Part shown: positions 60,330 to 64,000 of the stretch, one piece after another
Position numbering within the stretch: position 1 is the first letter of the stretch
How the letters are laid out: every line of letters begins with the position of its first letter
NCBI GenBank assembly: GCA_950097015.1
Contig: CATNEN010000001.1
Coordinates: 24,552,001 to 24,616,000, forward strand
DNA: 64,000 nucleotides
Direction of reading: 5' to 3'
From: Macrostomum hystrix
Lineage: Eukaryota; Animalia; Platyhelminthes
The notes under the pieces: model-generated
What the model saw: only the letters and a program-made list of their open reading frames with translations
The model's database searches: none
What the model was told of the DNA's origin: nothing
Translations under genes and position numbers: made by a program

Positions 60330-61086
60330 GTGCCCACATCGATGACGCAACGGACAGACAATCTGATTGATTGAAACATTGAGTTGAACAATTCATGTGA
60401 CCCAAAGATAGTTGATAAATGATTGAACTATCAAAGGCTCGCTGATTTGACACTATTCTGGCTCAAAGTGTCAAACTGACCACCGCGGCTTCAAAGTACA
60501 CTCAGCGCAAATATTCCGATGCATTTCTGGCATTCCAATTCCCTAGTCTTGCGTTTCTAACCCTTTTTAGGGATAAAATATTTAATCTTAAAGCCCAAGG
60601 GAACTTGGACGGGAAATAAGATGGGCCTACTTTGAAAATCGTGTACTGCTGAATACAGAATTTCAGAAAGTTACACACACAGTTAGCAACTGAGACTAAA
60701 TTCAATACTGTCTACTGTCAGTAGAATGATGCCACCTAATAACTGGCATTGATTAGCGAATTTTATGTAGAAGTCCCAGAAAATTTTGAATTTTTGAAAT
60801 AATCCCCTATCATTAACCGTATCTACCGTAGGCACACAGCGTTCAAGAATCCTTACAATCTACCATTGTATCTTTATCATTGACACCTGTTATCAGTCCA
60901 CATCAGATTGGTCTGAACCCGTCACAATGCATCAATCGATGAAGCTAATGAGGAAATTTGCTCCAGTAGAATTTCAGCTTCAATGCTGCTGATGATGCTG
61001 GCCCTGAAGAGGACGGAGGTGTGGATAAAAAGGTGCTTGCGAGAATCCGATAATCCCTTGGAGCTCTCTTACTAGTTGACATCGAC

Positions 61087-61470
61087 ATGCCATCGCTAGC
61101 TCTAGCGCTGATTCTGCTCTCTCTGACAACCGCGGATGCCACCCGCTGCTCGGCCAGATCGGTGAAATTCCTTCGACTGCTTCTCTGTCCAGCAGCTCCC
61201 AGCCTGGCTGAGCTGATGCGGCTCAATGGGCGACATACCATCGCTAGCTGTCTCTTCCATTGCAGGCAAAGCGAGAGTTGCGGCTTTGCATTCCGAACTG
61301 ACGAGGGCGTCTGCCATTTCGCATCGTCAGACAACCTGAGAAAACTCAGCTCTGCTGCTAAACTTGACGAGTCTGGCGTCTGCGAAAGCTTCGCCAAGGT
61401 CAATGGTTCGAAGTCAGAGTTCATCAGTTTCAATCGGCTAGTACTCGAACGACACTACTGGCTAGACTAG
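61087..61470 (+). CDS. Small secreted PAN/apple-like protein
   Basis: Signal peptide MPSLALALILLSLTTADA; SCLFHCRQSESCGFAFRTDEGVCHF. Confidence 0.65.
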   Translation: MPSLALALILLSLTTADATRCSARSVKFLRLLLCPAAPSLAELMRLNGRHTIASCLFHCRQSESCGFAFRTDEGVCHFASSDNLRKLSSAAKLDESGVCESFAKVNGSKSEFISFNRLVLERHYWLD

Positions 61471-61904
61471 AAGAACTGAAGTTGCTAACCAACTAGAAAC
61501 CTCATATTAACGAGAATATAAGATAAGATAAGAACGGACACACATGGCTAGCAGCCAAAAAAACTAACATTTACGATTCTGTAAAAAGAATTAAAATGAA
61601 TGTAATTTATTTCTTCTTTAAGATTGCAAAGGCCGTCACACCGACTAAATGAAAGCCTTTTACTCCCGAAAATGTGTTCGCCAGTCTCTACTCGTAGTAG
61701 CGCAGTTGTTCCTCTTGAATTAAATTTCCTACTTGACAAGAAAGTCACCATTTTGCCCGTGATTAGGCAGTGAAAATTATTTTCGTAAAAAAAGAATCTA
61801 ACTACACAATTAGCTTTAGCGTAACACAAGATTGTGCTCAGCGTATTCGCAAGATTCCAAACAAAACGTGTTAATAATATAAATCATTCATAATTTATTA
61901 CACC

Positions 61905-62170
61905 TGCCCCATGCGGGCCCGATGTGCAGCCGACAACACAGCCGCATCTGAAGGTTGCGTACAGCTGTTCAGTCCATGGACTGGGGGGACGCCACACCCA
62001 CCCTCAAATACCTCAGCTGATGCTGGTACCCATTCAACCTGCAGCTTGGTGATTGAAGTAAGGCAGAGTTGTTAAGTGCCTTGCTGAAGAACACAAGTTG
62101 TTCCAGTGGAGTCGGGAATCGAACACCCGACCTTCTAGACTTAAGCCTGTGTCTCTAACCACTAGGCTCC
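61905..62170 (-). mobile_element. SINE copy 3
   Basis: Minus strand A-box TAGTGGTTAG, B-box GTTCGATTCC, CAAGGCACTTAAC, GTGGCGTCCCCCCAGTCCATGGACTG. Confidence 0.78.
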
Positions 62171-62175
62171 CACCT

Positions 62176-62558
62176 ATGCTACAACCCCCTACTAGGCTAC
62201 AACCCCTACTAGGCTACAACCCCTACTAGGCTACAACCCCCTACTAGGCTACAACCCCTTACTAGGCTACAACCCCCTACTAGGCTACAACCCCTACTAG
62301 GCTACAACCCCTTACTAGGCTACAACCCCTACTAGGCTACAGCCCCCTACTAGGCTACAACCCCTACTAGGCTACAACCCCCTACTAGGCTACAACCCCT
62401 TACTAGGCTACAACCCCCTACTAGGCTACAACCCCTACTAGGCTACAACCCCTACTAGGCTACAACCCCTTACTAGGCTACAACCCCTACTAGGCTACAG
62501 CCCCCTACTAGGCTACAACCCCTTACTAGGCTACAACCCATACTAGGCTACAGCCCCC
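62176..62558. repeat. 18/19-bp minisatellite (CTACTAGGCTACAACCCC)
   Basis: ~20 tandem copies abutting the SINE 5' end. Confidence 0.94.
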
Positions 62559-63073
62559 TGATCAAGCTAAAGCGGACAATGTTTTCAATCATGCTTTATA
62601 CAATAATTAAGTTAAACGTGTGCAAAAACTGCTACATTGTGGCGGGCATGTCTTCGCCAAAGATGAAGAAGCATAGGTGTTCAGGCGGCAGGCGAATACT
62701 TTCTGCATTCCTTTGTCACTAAGCTCAATCTGAATGCTATGTACAGCGTGTAGAGCAACTGGGGGATAGAAAATGAGAAGTATTCCTCTGCTCAAACAAT
62801 AGCCGAGACTCATTCAAGTGAAGGCCTGTACTCAGACTGTACTCAAACTGCGACCAAAGTTGTCATCCCCAACGGTGCTTCTCTCTCCCTGCTCAGCTAG
62901 CCTCAAATTCAGCCATTAAATCCCGGAAGAGCGCGGCCTCACCTGCCCTCCCTGGCTGCCTTCCCAGGTGTATCCTCAAGTGTCACACTCTGCCAGCTTT
63001 GCCACCAGATCCTTCAAAGCCGTCAAGAGAGAAAAGCTTCGATTAGTTTCAAACAGCTTCAAACGCAGGACAA

Positions 63074-64000
63074 ATGGAAGAATCTGCCATACCGCAGAGT
63101 GATCAGGAGCAAGCTCAGATCTCTGAGTCCGTCGTCTCAGAGGAGCTGGCAGCTCTTGTTGAAGAGATTGAGGCCCACCTGCAGCGATATCTGCAACGCT
63201 CTTTGGAAGAATATCCTCCGGGATCTCAGGTAAGAATATTTAAGAATCTTCATATTATTGAAAAACATTTCACAGCGGGGCTTCGAGCACTGCGAAAACA
63301 GAGTCGAAACTTTGTGTATCGGCCCACACTTTTCAGCCACCGACCCAGCCCACTAACTTTTCTGAATTGTTACTGACCTCAGGTGAGTCTGCAATAGCTC
63401 AAATAAAAAGCTACGAGTTTTCCGTTGTGTATTTTCCAGGCCGACTGGGTCGCTTCAACGGTTGTTGAGCGGGTGATGTCTGGCGGATCTCAGGCCGACT
63501 TCAAGTCACTAGCGAAACTGTGTGTCTTCCTGGTTGAAAGCCTGGGCGACATCTCCAAGACCTACGAGGAGTTCTACTCCGAGCAGCTGGACACGCTGAA
63601 GGAGCAGTCGGTGCAGCAGGCTACCCAGCTGGTGTCGCTGGAGGAGGAAAACACCCGCCTGCGCGAGCGGCTGCACAGCCAAGCCGAGGAACTGAAGATT
63701 CGCGAACTGTCACTGCGCAGCCTCCGCCTTCAGCAGCGGTCCAGCAGCGCCCGGCCCAGCAACAAGGAGTCGCTGAGCTCTAGCCACAACAGCGGTCGAC
63801 TGTCAGCCCGTCCGGAGCAGCTGCTGGCCAGCCTTCAGGAGGCAGTTACAGAGAAATCTGCCGCCATCCAGAGCCTGGAGCAGCAGCTGCACGCCGAGAA
63901 GATGAAGAATCGCGAGTTTGACGAGAAGTTCAGCTTGGAGGATGACGATGAAGACGAGAGAGAAGCTAATGAGGATGATTACGGACAAGACGACGAAGAT
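63074..64000 (+). CDS. Coiled-coil/acidic protein of unknown function, partial; exons 63074-63229, 63440->64000
   Basis: ATG ORF, CAG|GTAAG donor, TTTTCCAG acceptor, phase-0 join; exon 2 is open to the window end with heptad-rich and Asp/Glu-rich sequence. Confidence 0.75.

Overview
Eukaryotic (animal) genomic DNA with spliceosomal introns and many tandem repeats. Gene content and repeat style suggest a free-living flatworm such as Macrostomum (inference only). Spliced genes reconstructed by hand: TADA2B (-), an ELOVL1/7-type fatty-acid elongase (+), a secreted WSC+PAN/apple protein (-) plus a doubly frameshifted paralog, a single-BIR+RING IAP (-), DDX1 (+), MYG1 (+), a rhodopsin-class peptide-GPCR-like gene (+), a small secreted PAN-domain protein (+) and a coiled-coil gene running off the right end. 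At the left is an intact, intronless 572-aa EGFR-type ectodomain ORF whose downstream Cys-rich and tyrosine-kinase sequence survives only as stop/frameshift-riddled remnants. Mobile DNA: a complete hAT transposon (13-bp TIRs, 8-bp TSD, 18-bp disabling insertion) nested in an LTR, a decayed Gypsy gag-protease with PBS, a solo LTR with TSD, three LINE fragments (one with RNase H and a 39-bp TSD), a CORE-like SINE family, a MITE-like family and about 20 minisatellite arrays. No CRISPR array or rRNA seen. Most notable: the truncated EGFR (possible secreted decoy), a ~350-bp segment whose dinucleotide polarity looks reversed, inverted 42-bp arrays bracketing most of MYG1, and a possible old nad4 NUMT.
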